DNA from: Entomortierella parvispora E1425 | Lineage: Eukaryota; Fungi; Mortierellomycota | Length of the DNA stretch: 64,000 nt | Reading direction: 5' to 3' | Assembly: GCA_020891255.1 (NCBI GenBank) | Contig: BQFW01000008.1 | Coordinates: 2,046,001-2,110,000, forward strand | Shown here: one piece after another, positions 50,492-62,789 of the stretch | How the letters are laid out: every line of letters starts with the position of its first letter | Numbering within the stretch: position 1 is the first letter of the stretch | Translations under genes and position numbers: made by a program | Notes under the pieces: model-generated | What the model was told of the DNA's origin: nothing | The model's database searches: none | The model's input: the letters and a program-made list of their open reading frames with translations, nothing else

Positions 50492-51174
50492 CACATATAT
50501 ACAGTTGCAGACTACACTCTTTAATTATAGTCTCCTGACTACATTCCATGTCCATAGTTCGAAACTTCAGACAATGGCGACTTTTGCAAACAAATAGACC
50601 TCGTGCAACAGTCAAATCAGACTGACCGTGCAGCGCCTTCATTCACAGCAAAGCCACAAAGGGTCAACTACAACCACTACCACCATTGCCACCATTGCCA
50701 CCACCACAACCTTTAGTATAAATACCCCGGACTTCATATCAATAAACATCATTCAATCTTCGTGCTCTTCCCTTGGCCTTTACTATTGCAACTTTTCCGT
50801 CAACTTGTGAATTTGGAGAAACAACCAAACACTAGTGGGATCCGTAGAATTAGTGATATTCAATGCTATTTCGAGCTTCTGGCAGACTCTGGAAAATCGA
50901 TTGGTTGCTGCCGCTGGAACTGTTTGTTTTGTTTTAGAGCTCTGCTAAGACTGTTGCAGATCCCTGCAAAATCCACAACATTCAGGCAATCTTGACTTCC
51001 ACAGCAAGGTTTGAGGATTAGAAAAGCCCAGAATTCTCTGGCAAAAAATGTACACACAAGCTTGTTTTGTAGATGACCACAAACACAGCTATTGTCAGCA
51101 GTTTCGGACTATGGATATGGAATGTAGTCATGAGACTACAATTAGAGAGTGTAGTCTACAACTATATATACGTA
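50492..51174. repeat. 75-bp imperfect inverted repeat arms (50492-50566 / 51100-51174)
   Basis: 66/75 identity by eye; arms rich in GACTAC/GTAGTC. Confidence 0.75.
50585..50790 (+). mobile_element. Solo LTR family D (206 bp)
   Basis: TGCAAAC...TATTGCA, TATAAAT, AATAAA; TSD ACTTT. Confidence 0.9.
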
Positions 51175-51539
51175 TGACTACGACTATTATTCGTAGTCTG
51201 ATACTACAAATAGCTTTACTGACTTGGACCTGGCATACCACCATTGGAAGGAGTTTTGTCTTCGAGAGCCAGTGGACATGAGTTGGAGAGGTCGAAGCGA
51301 GACGCCCATGTCTACACCTACACCAACCACTACGACTCCATCAGTCGAAACCACCGGTGCCTACGCCATTCCCTTCAACAACTCCAACCTGTATCATATT
51401 GACATCAGGCGCTTGAAAGAAAAGGCCGTTCCTGTATTTACAGTAAGGACAGTGAGAAGATCGACTTCTCCAGAGTGATCCCGATAAACTTCGACGATGA
51501 GCCGGAACTGAAGCTGAACTTTCAAGCCAGCACTGACGC

Positions 51540-52799
51540 TGTGGTGTAGTAGATGCGGAGTCCCGGTCCGCATCCATCGGAGTAGATATATATTTTCAGT
51601 AGCATTTATTATTTTGTTTAGTTTCAGTTTTTTTTTCTATAAAGAAGGGAGCAAAATCCATTTTGCTCCTGGTTGCCTTTTCCTTTACGATTCCTGCCAG
51701 TACACTTTTGTTGAACCCTTCAGAACACAAACATACATCCCCCCCTTCCTGCCCGATATCCCCTTTGCAGCAGCAGCAAGCTCGACGCTGTGGTGTAGTA
51801 GATACGGATCACACATTTGTAGAAGTCAGTTTAGATACCCTTAAAAGATTGCGTTAATATAATTTCGTGTTCAGAGCAGTAATTGCTCTGGGTCGCTTCC
51901 TTCCCTACTTTTTCGTTTGCTTTTGTTTGATCGTTACAGAACACATACACATCCCCCCCCCACTTCCTGCCCGATATCCCCTTTGCAGCAGCAGCAAGAT
52001 CGACGCCTTAATTTCGATTGCTGAGACTATTAGTAGCTAGTCTAAACCTCCTCCCCCCCCCCCTTACCTTTGGATATCACAGACCTATTGCGTTCTGTTG
52101 ATCGACCTTGTACACTCACAAGTTACGATCTTCCCCGTCCTCGACAAGTTCCGTCAAGAACCTCGGCCAACCAGTTCTCCGTGTCCTTGCTCACTTACGA
52201 GGTACCAACAATGTCTTGTCTCTTTTGAGTGGACTTGTACGATCTTGGCATCCCATCCTGAGGCCTTAATTGGCGCTTGGGCATCCTGAGGCCTTAACTG
52301 GTGCTTGGGAACCTCCCTTATCTTCTCGTCGCCTTCCCTCGAGTCCCTCCTGAACCCTCAGTTAGGCGGCCTTGTCCCCTTTCCCTGGATAGAATATTTC
52401 TGGCCGTGCTCTTACTGATTAGATCCCTTCAATCCTCCCTTGTTGTTGTTATTAGTTAGTATAGTACCTAGTGTTCGCCTCCGTAGTTGTTTATTCTCCT
52501 GTTTGGTTACCATTAGGACGTGCTTAGCTCATTGGTATGTCCTTATTAGTCTCCTTTCAGTTTCGTTCCTGCTTATATCGTGATCCTGTTGCTCATTCTC
52601 CTCCTCCTGTCTATCCAGTTCATTCTCTCGAGATTGTATCTGATCATATAGCAGTGCTGTGCTTGATCCTTGTGGCAGAGAGAGCAAAGTCCCTATCATA
52701 TGTAAGCAGCGAGCTTTGTTCGTTATTATTCTTTTCGTTATCATTTTCACCTCCAGCCTTTGCTGACGTTAGACTATACTTACTTTAGACAACATCACA
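51540..52799 (+). mobile_element. Composite family-B LTR (partial U3 51540-51788 joined to a variant LTR 51789-52799)
   Basis: Two TGTGGTGTAGTAGAT starts; ends ACAACATCACA; flanks ACGC / GCGT. Confidence 0.85.
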
Positions 52800-53419
52800 G
52801 CGTACAAGGTTGATCTTCTGTTAGAAGCGTCTGGCCTAACGGATACTGTGCATGAGAAGTTGGTCATTCAGTCACTTTATGCGGGTTTGCCGGATGAGGG
52901 CCAGAAAGCAGTTACAAAGACTTACCCAAATCTGCCTGATGTCCCGAACGTATTGAAGTTACTCGAGTGCCTCCGAGCCGACAATACTGCACTTCCTGGT
53001 CGCAAGACTGATTAGGCCAAGTGGTTCAAGTCAAGATTCAAGTCACTTGCAGGAAAGAGTGCTTCCTCCTCTACCACCATTGGGAAGAAGGCGCCGATTC
53101 CGCAAGCAAGCACTGGCAAGCACCCTCGTAGCGAGAAGGAGAAGCAGCCATGTACCAGTGAGAGATGCAACTCCAAGAAGCATCATCACTCCAAGTGCTA
53201 CTTTGTGCACCCTGAGTTGCGACCTTCTTTCAAGAAAGCAAGGCCTGAGCAAGGTCCTATCCGCGCGGTCGCAGCCATGAAAAAGAGTAGTCCAATTCCA
53301 TTGGTTCCACTGAATCCTAAGAGACTAGCTGCCATCACCAGAGAGATCGATATGATCGGCAGTTCGAGTCTGGATGCTAATCTAGCAGAAGAAATTGGAA
53401 CTGTTAGTATTAATAAAAT

Positions 53420-53625
53420 TGCAAACAAATAGACCTCGTGCAACAGTCAAATCAGACTGACCGTGCAGCGCCTTCACTCACAGCAAAGCCACAAGGGGTC
53501 AACTACAACCACTACCACCATTGCCACCATTGCCACCACCACAACCTTTAGTATAAATACCCCGGACTTCATATCAATAAACATCATTCAATCTTCGTGC
53601 TCTTCCCTTGGCCTTTACTATTGCA
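53420..53625 (+). mobile_element. Solo LTR family D (206 bp)
   Basis: TSD AAAAT; near-identical to 50585-50790. Confidence 0.9.
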
Positions 53626-54846
53626 AAAATTGCTGAATTTTCCAAGTACTTTAATGAGTTTGATCCAACACCACCAACGAACAAGCTTTGCGCTTTCAGA
53701 GGTGCGCAAGAGGGTGACAACCGCTTTGCGGTAGAATTAATTGCCAATGGTAAATCACTTACAGCAGTTCTAGACACTGGATCCACTGATTCGTTCATTG
53801 ATTCAGCGATTGCTAAAGAGCTGGGAATTCGAATGGCAAAGCTACCAGATCCAGTTGAGCTGGGAGAAGCAGGAGCTAAGGCAGAGAACCTACTTACATG
53901 TGATAAGTTAGATCTTGCCTGCAATGGACGTTCCGTCTCTTGTCAAGTGGGTGTTATGAACATACCTTACTACGCCTTTTATGTCGGAGCAGACCTATTC
54001 CATCGCTTTGGGTATTACATCGGAGGTGTCCGAATGCCCAAACCATCTCCTCTACCTGACATTTGGATTCATGATGAAGACAAGCCGCCGATTATTCCTG
54101 ACGAAAAGCCTGAAGAAGAAAAAACTGCTGAATTTATCAAAGACAAAGCCCTTTTCGAGAAAGAGATTCAGAATCTACTGGACCTCAACACCGCGATTGA
54201 TCCCAAGAGCCACTGTACCTTGGAGATTATGAGAGTTGAACTCAAAGTACCTCCTAACTGCACAGTCTTTGTCAAGACAAGACAATTCCATGCGCAGACA
54301 GCAGATGCTGAAGTAGCTCAACAAATCGTAAAATGGTGGGATAGTGGGGTGATTGTGCCTGCGCCGAAAGGCAATCCACACAATAACTCGCTGACCTTAT
54401 CAGCCAGAAGAGACCTAGAAGGCAAGATATTAAAATACAGAGTCTGTTTAGATCCTAGGTTGTTAAACAAGCAGTTACTGTTATCGGACACATTTCAGCT
54501 ATCTGAGATCGCCGACATCTTGAAAAAGACAGCTGGTCACAGTTATTACTCCACGCTCGATCTTGCTCAAGCGTACAATCGTCTGCCACTATCAAAAGAG
54601 AGTCAACCCCTGTCGGCATTCACCTACAAGGGGAGGCAATATATGTTTGCGAGAGCTCCTTTTGGTTTAAAGCCAATGACAAGTATTTTTCAAAGAGGAA
54701 TGACTTACCTCCTGGGAGACCTTTCGTTTGTCTGCATCTATGTAGATGACATAGTAATCTTTTCTCATACCAAGGAAGAGCACCTACAACATGTCAAAAT
54801 TGTAATAGACAGGTTAACAAAAGCAAAACTCATTATCAATCGAGAG

Positions 54847-55062
54847 TGTGATGTTTAGCACTAGGTATGGGGTTCAGGACGCCAGTCCTGAGTCGCAGTC
54901 CTTTTTTACATACTTCTCCAATGTTTAAGAGTCTCCCGTGGCTGGCACCTGCCGGACTATAAAAGACCTGCTGGTGCCTGTCTTTAATAAAACCCTCTCT
55001 TGTTCTCGTTCACTTCTATTGACTGTTATTGTTTGTAAGTAAGACCCCACGAGAATATCACA
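54847..55062 (+). mobile_element. LTR family C, uninterrupted copy
   Basis: TGTGATG..ATATCACA; abuts the truncated RT of family E; flanks unmatched. Confidence 0.8.
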
Positions 55063-55533
55063 TTTTTTTCAACGTACTTAAGAGTGGGCATCCATCCATT
55101 ACCATTAACATCCATCAGTCCGGTTGATCATTCATCCTTTGAGAATCGATCATCCTCTCTGTTGTGGAGTGTACAGTAATTGGGATCTCCTCTCAGTCGT
55201 ATCCATCCGCGCAGGTTGATCGGAAAGAACACAACGGCTGGTCCTACGTGCCCCTTTTCTTAGATCATTCCTTTGTGCTCCACATATCCTTCGAACACCA
55301 TTGTTACTGTAGATCCATTGTTCAGAGGTTGATCCACTGCAGTGAGTCCAGCAACTATTGTCGTCCATATCACTGATTTTGTTTTTGTTGGCTGAGTCCC
55401 AAAACAAAATAGAGTCTATTATTGTTTACGTCTAAACCACCAACTCGATTGACTGGTTAGCGTTCACTATCTGTATTCAAGAGACATAGAGTAACGCTTC
55501 TTTTGTATTCATTCGCATCAATAGCGTTACCTT

Positions 55534-56130
55534 ATGAGTGCCGAGGTCGATGCAAGTCCAGAGCGCCCTCCAGCGCCTCTGTCCGAAGACGTTCCAATGC
55601 AGGAGTATGATGCTGCCGCTTCTATCTCAACAGAAGTCCATTCTATGGCCGACATAATGAAGGCAGAGCTGGATAAGGTCACGCTGGAGCGGAACGAACT
55701 GCTGGTATACTATTTAAAGCAAAAGAACGCCCTCCGAGATAAGATCAAAGAACTTGACCAGGATGCAAATTTGGATCCTGCGGAAAGAGACAAGATCATC
55801 AACGACTGCGATGCTCAGATCGAGGCCACTATCCGCAAGCTCAAGATGTTAGGTCGAGACATGGACTTGGCACACCATCATTGGAAGGAGTTCTATCCTC
55901 GAGAGCCAGTAGACATGCAGTGGAGAGGTCGAAGCGAGACGCCCATGTCGTCGCCCACACCAGCCGCCGCGACTCCATCAGTCGAAACTACCGGTGCCTA
56001 CGCCATTCCCTTCAACAACTCCAACTTGTATCATATTGACATCAGGCGTTTGAAGGAGAAAGCCGTTCCTGTATTCAAGGACAGTGAGAAGATCGACTTC
56101 TCCCGAGTGATTCCGATAAACTTCGATGAT
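55534..56130 (+). pseudogene. Second family-E gag N-terminal fragment, truncated
   Basis: Homologous to 51224-51500 (DLAHHHWKEF...LKEKAVPVFKDSEKIDFSRVIPINFDDE). Confidence 0.7.
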
Positions 56131-56139
56131 GAGCACGGC

Positions 56140-56330
56140 CTCTTATCGAATCGAACAATTCGAATCCGAATAGGTTCGAATAGGTTCGAATCGGATTCGA
56201 GTGGGCATGGATTCGAATGTCCAGGTGTTCGATTCGATTCGAATGCTTCGAGTGCTTCGAATAAGAACCAATCCGAATGCTCCGAGTACTTCGAATGCTT
56301 CGAGTAGTTCGAATGCCTCAGATGCTTGAG
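56140..56330. repeat. TTCGAA/TCGAAT-rich array resembling a DNA-transposon subterminal region
   Basis: More than a dozen TTCGA(A/G/T) motifs in ~190 bp, starting where the gag homology stops. Confidence 0.55.
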
Positions 56331-56846
56331 ATGACATATATAGTTTGGATAATAAATATAACTCTTTTTAATTAACGTATGAAAGGTGGGTACAGTAACC
56401 ACTAAGGAAAGTGCTGTAGCCAAGAGTCTACAAGGACTAGACGCTGAACAGACGCTGGAAGTAGAGCATTCCTTTCTGGCGGCAGGACAAACTTAGCCTG
56501 GGAAAGCATCGCTCTGCAGGGGTCGAAGTGACAGGTATAGCAAGGAAGTCTCTTGCCATATTTGCAAGGTTCCCTCCAGTACATTAGCTCCGGTGGCTCT
56601 GTCTTGCAGGTGATAAGCGTGGCTCCTTCATTGGTATACTCTTCGAGCTCGCCGGCTTGCTGTGTTATCCCATATAACTTGGGATATTTTGGGCTCTCAC
56701 TTACAATATGACTATCGAGACAAGAAGAAGGATCTTTATGTTCTGCCCTCGCACTCCTTTGATAAGGGAGTGCGAGGGTGGCTTGCTACTAAACTAGGTT
56801 ACTAAAATAAACATCCCTATTAATACACTTCAAGGCCCACGATATG

Positions 56847-59800
56847 TGCAATAGGAGTATCGAGGGTGGAGTGGAGACAAGAAGTGAGTTTTATTATATT
56901 GCAAGTTTCTAGCTTTTGTAGGTACACATCGCGTGATGTCACCGTATTCCTGTTACACCTTCCCCTTTTAAAAAATGATACCGTGCTGCTCTTTGAAGGT
57001 TGTGACCAAGTCCATGCAGTTGTCCAAGTTGCTTACTGGGAGCCATTCGTCAGCTTCTCTGCCGTAGCCTTTGAATGACACTAGGAACTGGTGTTGTCTG
57101 CGGTAGAAGCGGTACTTTAAAATTTCGTCCACTTCATACTCCTCTTCGCCGTCAATTACAGTGGGATCCACGGGGGCAGGAGCTCGAATGCCGAGTGACT
57201 CCGGGGACGGCAAGTAGGGTCGAAAGGTATCAACTTGGAAGACGTCATGGATTTTGTAGAATGGTGGCAGCTCGACGCGGAAGGTGACAGGTGAGTGTTG
57301 CTCCAAAAGTGTGAACGGGCCAAGGAATTGAGGTCGAAGCTTATCGGCTGGTCTGATACTGTCGGCTGGGATGGTGATATTGGTGGCACGCAGCAGGACC
57401 TTATCGCCAACCTTGTACTTGTGATCCCGTCGTCGCTTGTTTGCCTGTTGCTCCTGATGATCCTGAGCACGCTGCAGAGCATCCTGGGCCAGGGCAAGGG
57501 TGGTCGCCTGCTCAGTCAGGAAGGTATCGACAGTGGGGACTGAGCTGCTGGGTTTACCGAGGAGAGCGGTGGGGAGACGAGGGTGCTGGCCAGAGTTGAG
57601 GAAGAACGGCGAGTATCCCGTGGATGCATTGACAGCGTTGTTATAGGCGAATTCCAGTGACGGAAGGAGCTGGTCCCAGTTAGACTGCTTGTTGTCAATA
57701 AACGCTCTCAACATAGTCTTCAGCGTCTTGTTCATAACCTCTGTCTGCCCATCCGTCTGTGGGTGGTAGGCGGTTGACAGTGCAAGTTTGACATCCATTA
57801 GCCTGTGCAACTCTTGCCAGAATCTACTAGTGAATCGAGTGTCGCGGTCCGAGATGATGGATGTTGGTGTGCCATGCAGCTTAAAGATGTTGTCAAAAAA
57901 CTGGTGGGCGACGTCGACGGCTGTGGCAGAGGTAGTACTGGGGGCGAAGTGAGCTTGCTTGGTCAGCTTGTCGACAGACACTGTGATGGCGTCAAAATTT
58001 CTAGCTGTGGGCGGAAGAGGGCCGATGAAGTCCATGGTGACTACCTCCCAACGTTGCGAAGGAATGGGTAGCGGTTGCAAGAGTCCAGCTGGTCGATCCT
58101 GTGAGTCCTTGTTCCTTTGACACTTCTCGCAGGTTGCTACATACTGCTGGGTATCCTTGGCGATGTGGGGCCAATATACGAAACGGCGCAGGTTGTCGTT
58201 AGTCTTTTGAAAACCAAAGTGTCCAGCAGTGGCAGAGTCGTGAGCGTCGTGCAAGAGAGTGAGGCGGATCGGGGAGTGCCGAGGGATGGCCAGGGTGGTT
58301 GCTCCACGTCGGGTAAAGTAGAGGAGGTTGTTCTGGAATGAATATCCATTGGCAACCTTCCCATCCAGGCAATCCTTGTAGATGGGTCCAAGTCGAGGAT
58401 CGTCGTTGTAGTCCTGGACAAGCTGGTCACGGACGTCCGGGGACAGGGAGACGCTGAGGTTGTATAGCTCAACAGGGTCAGGCTCGCGGTAGTCCGGTCG
58501 TCGGGAGAGAGCGTCTGGGACGATGTTGTCAACTCCTCGCTTGTACTTGAAGTCAAAGTCGTATTCCTGAAGCAACTCCATCCAGCGAGCCTGTCGACGA
58601 GTGAGTTTGGGCTGTGTGGGGAAGTGGCGGAGGGTGGCGTGGTCGGTGTGGACGCTGAACTTGGTTCCATCGAGGTAGTAGCGCCAAGTGCGGAGCGCAT
58701 GGATGACAGCCAACAGTTCCTGCTCATGGACAGGGTAGTTCCGCTCAGCTGACTGCATTTTCCTGGAAGTGAATGCGATGGGATGGGTATTCCCTTCCCG
58801 GTCAGTCTGCAGCAGCACTGCACCGATGGCGAAACCGGATGCATCTGTTTCGACAAAGGTGAGAGATCAGGGTCGAAGATGCGGAGGACGGGGGCGGAGC
58901 AGATGGCGCGTTTGAGCTGAAGGAATGCAGATTGTTGTTCGTCGGTCCATTTGAAGGGAGTGTTGTTGGCGAGGAGGGAAGAGAGAGGGAGGGCAATCCC
59001 TGCAAAGCCCGATACGTACTGTTGATAAAATTGCGCAAGCCCCAAAAATTGCTGGACGTCCTTTGTGCTCTTGGGGGTGGGCCAGTCACTGATGGCTTTG
59101 CTGAGCCCGGCCGATGTTTTGATCCCGTCCTTCGTGATGGTGTGGCCCAAAAATTCAGTTTCGTCTTGCATGAAGGAGCACTTGCTCAATTTCGCGTACA
59201 GACCATTCTTGCGGAGGAGAGCCAGGACGCTTCGGAGATGCTGCAGGTGTTCTTTCTTTGTCTTGGAGTAGATCAACAGATCGTCGAGATACACGACAAC
59301 CCATTTGTCCAAGACTGGATCGAGTACTCGCAACATCATATTGGAGAACGAAGCAGGAGCGTTAGTAAGGCCAAAGGGAACAACATTGAACTCAAAGTGA
59401 CCATAGCGACAACGGAAGGCAGTCTTGTGTGTGTGTGGTTCAAAGATACGCTGCTGATGATAACCGGATAACAAGTCCAACTTGGAGTAATAGCGTGCTC
59501 CACGGAAGCGGTCAAGTAGCTCGTCGATACGGGGCAACGGGTGTCTGTTCTTCCTGGTGATCTTGTTGAGGCCACGGTAGTCGACGCACATTCGGAGTGT
59601 GCCGTCCTTCTTCCGCACAAAGAGCACGGGGGCGCCATAGGGAGAGGTACTGGGTTTGATAAAACCTGCTGCTAGCAATTGGTCCAGTTGTTTGCGAAGT
59701 TCGTCAAGCTCGGCGATTGAAAGTCTAATGACAGGGCGGAAGGGTGGGTCGGCTGTCGGGTCGGTCTCGATCTTCATAGCATCACCACGGTCTAGGGGCA

Positions 59801-61912
59801 GGCCGTCCGGGAGTTTCTCCGGAAAGACATCAGCGAACTCTTCCATGACAATGGACCGCACCTCTGGGGGTCATATCGGGAATTGTACGCGGTTGGTCAG
59901 TTTCTTCAGAGGGCTCTGGGGTGTTGCGAATAAGGGCCAGGAACACCTCCGAGCCGGGCAGGGTTGCCATGGAATGAAAGTGCATGTGTGTGAGGAGGAG
60001 TCCTTTGGTGCGGCTTTTGGATGTGATCGGCCTTGAAGCCGCGGCAGCTCCATTTGACATCGATTCCATTGTGAGTGAAATGAAGATCGTTGGTGCGCCA
60101 ATTGATGCAAGGGTTAACTTTGGTGAGCCAGGGTTTGCCAAGGATGAGGTCGTATTTGTTGAGAGGATAGAGAATAGGGTTCAGCGAATCGGAGTAGTCG
60201 CTGCGGTTGAGGGTGATGGGGACGGTGTGTGATGTGAGGGAGGAAGAGCCATTGGGGAGGAGGATGGGGATGGGCAAGCATTCAGTGCGGAGGAGCTGGT
60301 GTCGCTTTTGAAAAGACGAACTGATAATATTACCTTCTGCACCACCATCAATCAGGATTCTGGCAGCGTGGCCATTGACAGAACCGATGAAAGTGAGCAG
60401 TTGGCTCTCTGCCTTTTGGACAGTGAATTCGTGTAGGCGAATCGCACGACGCTTCAACTTCTTCAACTGACTTTTGGACAGAGGTACACTAGGTGCCGGC
60501 GGTACAGCGAGAGGGTCCGGTTCATCTGTATCGGAGGATCTAGGTAGAGGAGCGGACAGGGCAACTGGAGCGGGCGAGGCAACAGGTTTTTTGGTTTGGT
60601 TTTGGTTTCGGTCCGATAGAACAACCAGAGCATCGTGGATGTGAGTTCGCTTGTCATGATTGGAGTCATGTTTCTGAGGTGTAGAATCAAGTGAAGTTTT
60701 ATTTGAGGTACTTAGCTCAGGGTTGTTGGCTACAGTTTCGACAACTGGGGTCCGGACCGACCCTAGTTGCCGGAGGCTTTTCCCGAATCAGGGGATTCAC
60801 CCGCGGTTACTTGATTAATTCCTCGGCTGCCGTTGCCGTACTTAGGGCAATTGGGACTGATGTGACCCAATTCGCGGCAGCGGAAGCAGCCACCGTTACG
60901 TACAAGGTACTCTCGGTCGGCGGCGGTCAGGGGTGCGGGGCGATCTCGAGAAGGGTTGTTAGTACCGTTGGTGGGGCGGTTCTGTAAGGAGCGGTGAAGG
61001 GTGCCGAGTTGCTTATGGATATTGTTGAGTTGGATATGAATATTGTCCACTTCCATTGCGTTGGGGTCGGTGATACCAGCAGAGGATCCCGAGGCAGCCA
61101 GTGCTTTGGCACCGAGTGATGGGTCTCCAGTGTGGAAGATACGACCGAACTCCTCCGCGGCCTTGAAGAGTCTGGGCAGATCTATGGTGTCGTTGCCTGC
61201 ATTAACAATGGCCACTTCCAGCATCTGGCGAAGCTGAGTAGGTGCACCACTGAGAAAGGCAGTACGGATAGTATCGTTGAGAACTGCGTTGTCGGCGTAG
61301 TAAGACTGGAGGAGCAGGTGGTATTCACGGGCTTTGGTAATATAGGCCATGACGTTGGAGATGTTCAATGGTAGTGTCATTTTCATTTGCATTGTGAGGG
61401 CGAGAATGTGCTCCTTAAACTTCGCAGGACTGAACTCGGTGGCAAGGAGCTCGCTGAAATCCGGGAATGAGGTGTCGGATGGCTTGTTTAAGAGTGCCCA
61501 CCAGCCGATAACCTCATCGCCGGCAAAGGCAAGGGTAACCCCGACCTTGCGAGGTTCGGCAATTCCAGCGCCATCGAAGAAAAAGGTCATGCGTTTCAGA
61601 AAACCGAGAACAGAGAATCCGTCGCGCTTGCCGTTGAACGGTGTTGGATGAGGGAATTTGAATGACGGTGTCGCGGGGTCCATGTTGGGTGAATTGTCGA
61701 GGGAGAGTTGATCGAAGAGGGATACGAGGGGGTCCAGGGTGTAAGTGTGTCGGAGGGTCAGTGGGTCAGTGAGGTCAGTGGATCGAAAACCTTTGCTACC
61801 ATGCAATAGGAGTATCGAGGGTGGAGTGGAGACAAGAAGTGAGTTTTATTATATTGCAAGTTTCTAGCTTTTGTAGGTACACATCGCGTGATGTCACCGT
61901 ATTCCTGTTACA
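56847..61912 (-). mobile_element. Ty3/Gypsy chromovirus family A, copy 3 (no matching 5-bp TSD)
   Basis: LTRs 56847-56957 and 61802-61912; gag 60763-61683; flanks ATATG / ATGGC. Confidence 0.95.
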
Positions 61913-62789
61913 ATGGCGTTTTCTCGCTCTTCGATTGTTAAACATGTCTCGAAGAACGTCCTCTCGAGATAGTCCACTGTCAGCGCCTCCTTGGGTGCCT
62001 TGAACTTCTCTTTCAGATTGGCATGAAAGTGGTCGTTGTGGACCAGGTACAGGAGGTATTTGTCTCCATGACTTCTTATGATTTGCTCACCCACATACGG
62101 CGCGATTTCTCGTTCGAAGTGCGCCCACCAGTCGTATGCCGATAGGGATCCTGATGGTCCGAATCGAAGCCATGTGGATAGAGGCTTGACAGGAAATCCT
62201 GCCTCAGATCGCGCTTGTGGAGCATGGTTGCTTGCGCTTCGATCCTGCTCTTGATAACGGTCTACGGTGGACTGATTTGGATATGCCCATTGTGCTGGTA
62301 CAGGGCGGCGAGCTGCGTGAAGAGCATTGTATGTTTGCTCCATACTGCTGAGGAAGTCCTCGTTGCGCTTATGTTCTTCCTCCATCTTGTCTGTTTCCGG
62401 TGTGAGGTCCATGGGAGCTGTACCGGCATGGGTGACTCTTTTGTTACGTGAGATATGTAAAAGGAGTCTTACATTGGTGAGCCGAGTAGCTTCCATCTGT
62501 GCGTACGTTGCCGCAATGTCTGCCTCTATTTCCGCATCTGTTATGTCAGGCAGGGCAGTATAGGTACCGCCAAGGCTCTGGTGATTGATACGACCGATAT
62601 AGGACTATCCTTTCTTGGAATAGATGGCAACTGTGACGGTGGTAGTCCTTCAAACGTCAGTCCACTTCTGGTGGGTTCTCCAGAGTTGGAGGCAGTGGCG
62701 CGCGCGTTGGCGGCTTGTGCAACAGGTATAAAAACTGCAGCGACTCTGCTCCGAATTGGTTTGTTGTTGTTGAGATTCACTTTGCCCAT
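61913..62789 (-). pseudogene. Retrotransposon gag-like ORF remnant cut by family A copy 3
   Basis: FGPSGSLSAYDWWAHFEREI...LERTFFE capsid-like text; one frameshift near 62560. Confidence 0.5.

Larger units (their letters stand above)
51224..54846 (+). pseudogene. Fragmented Ty3/Gypsy family E gag-PR-RT, interrupted by B and D LTRs and truncated by a C LTR
   Basis: Gag pieces 51224-51539 and 52800-53419 (CxxxxCxxxxHxxxxC-like); VLDTGS, CLDPRLLN, RAPFGL, YVDDIVIFS. Confidence 0.85.

Noticed and set aside
56140-56330. CRISPR-like or heat-shock-element array
   Set aside because: No constant repeat with unique spacers; spacing does not match nGAAnnTTCn; eukaryotic context.
56844-61915. 3-bp ATG TSD for family A copy 3
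   Set aside because: Other A insertions have 5-bp TSDs, and the left flank's paralog at 63128 has different upstream sequence, so the match is probably coincidental.
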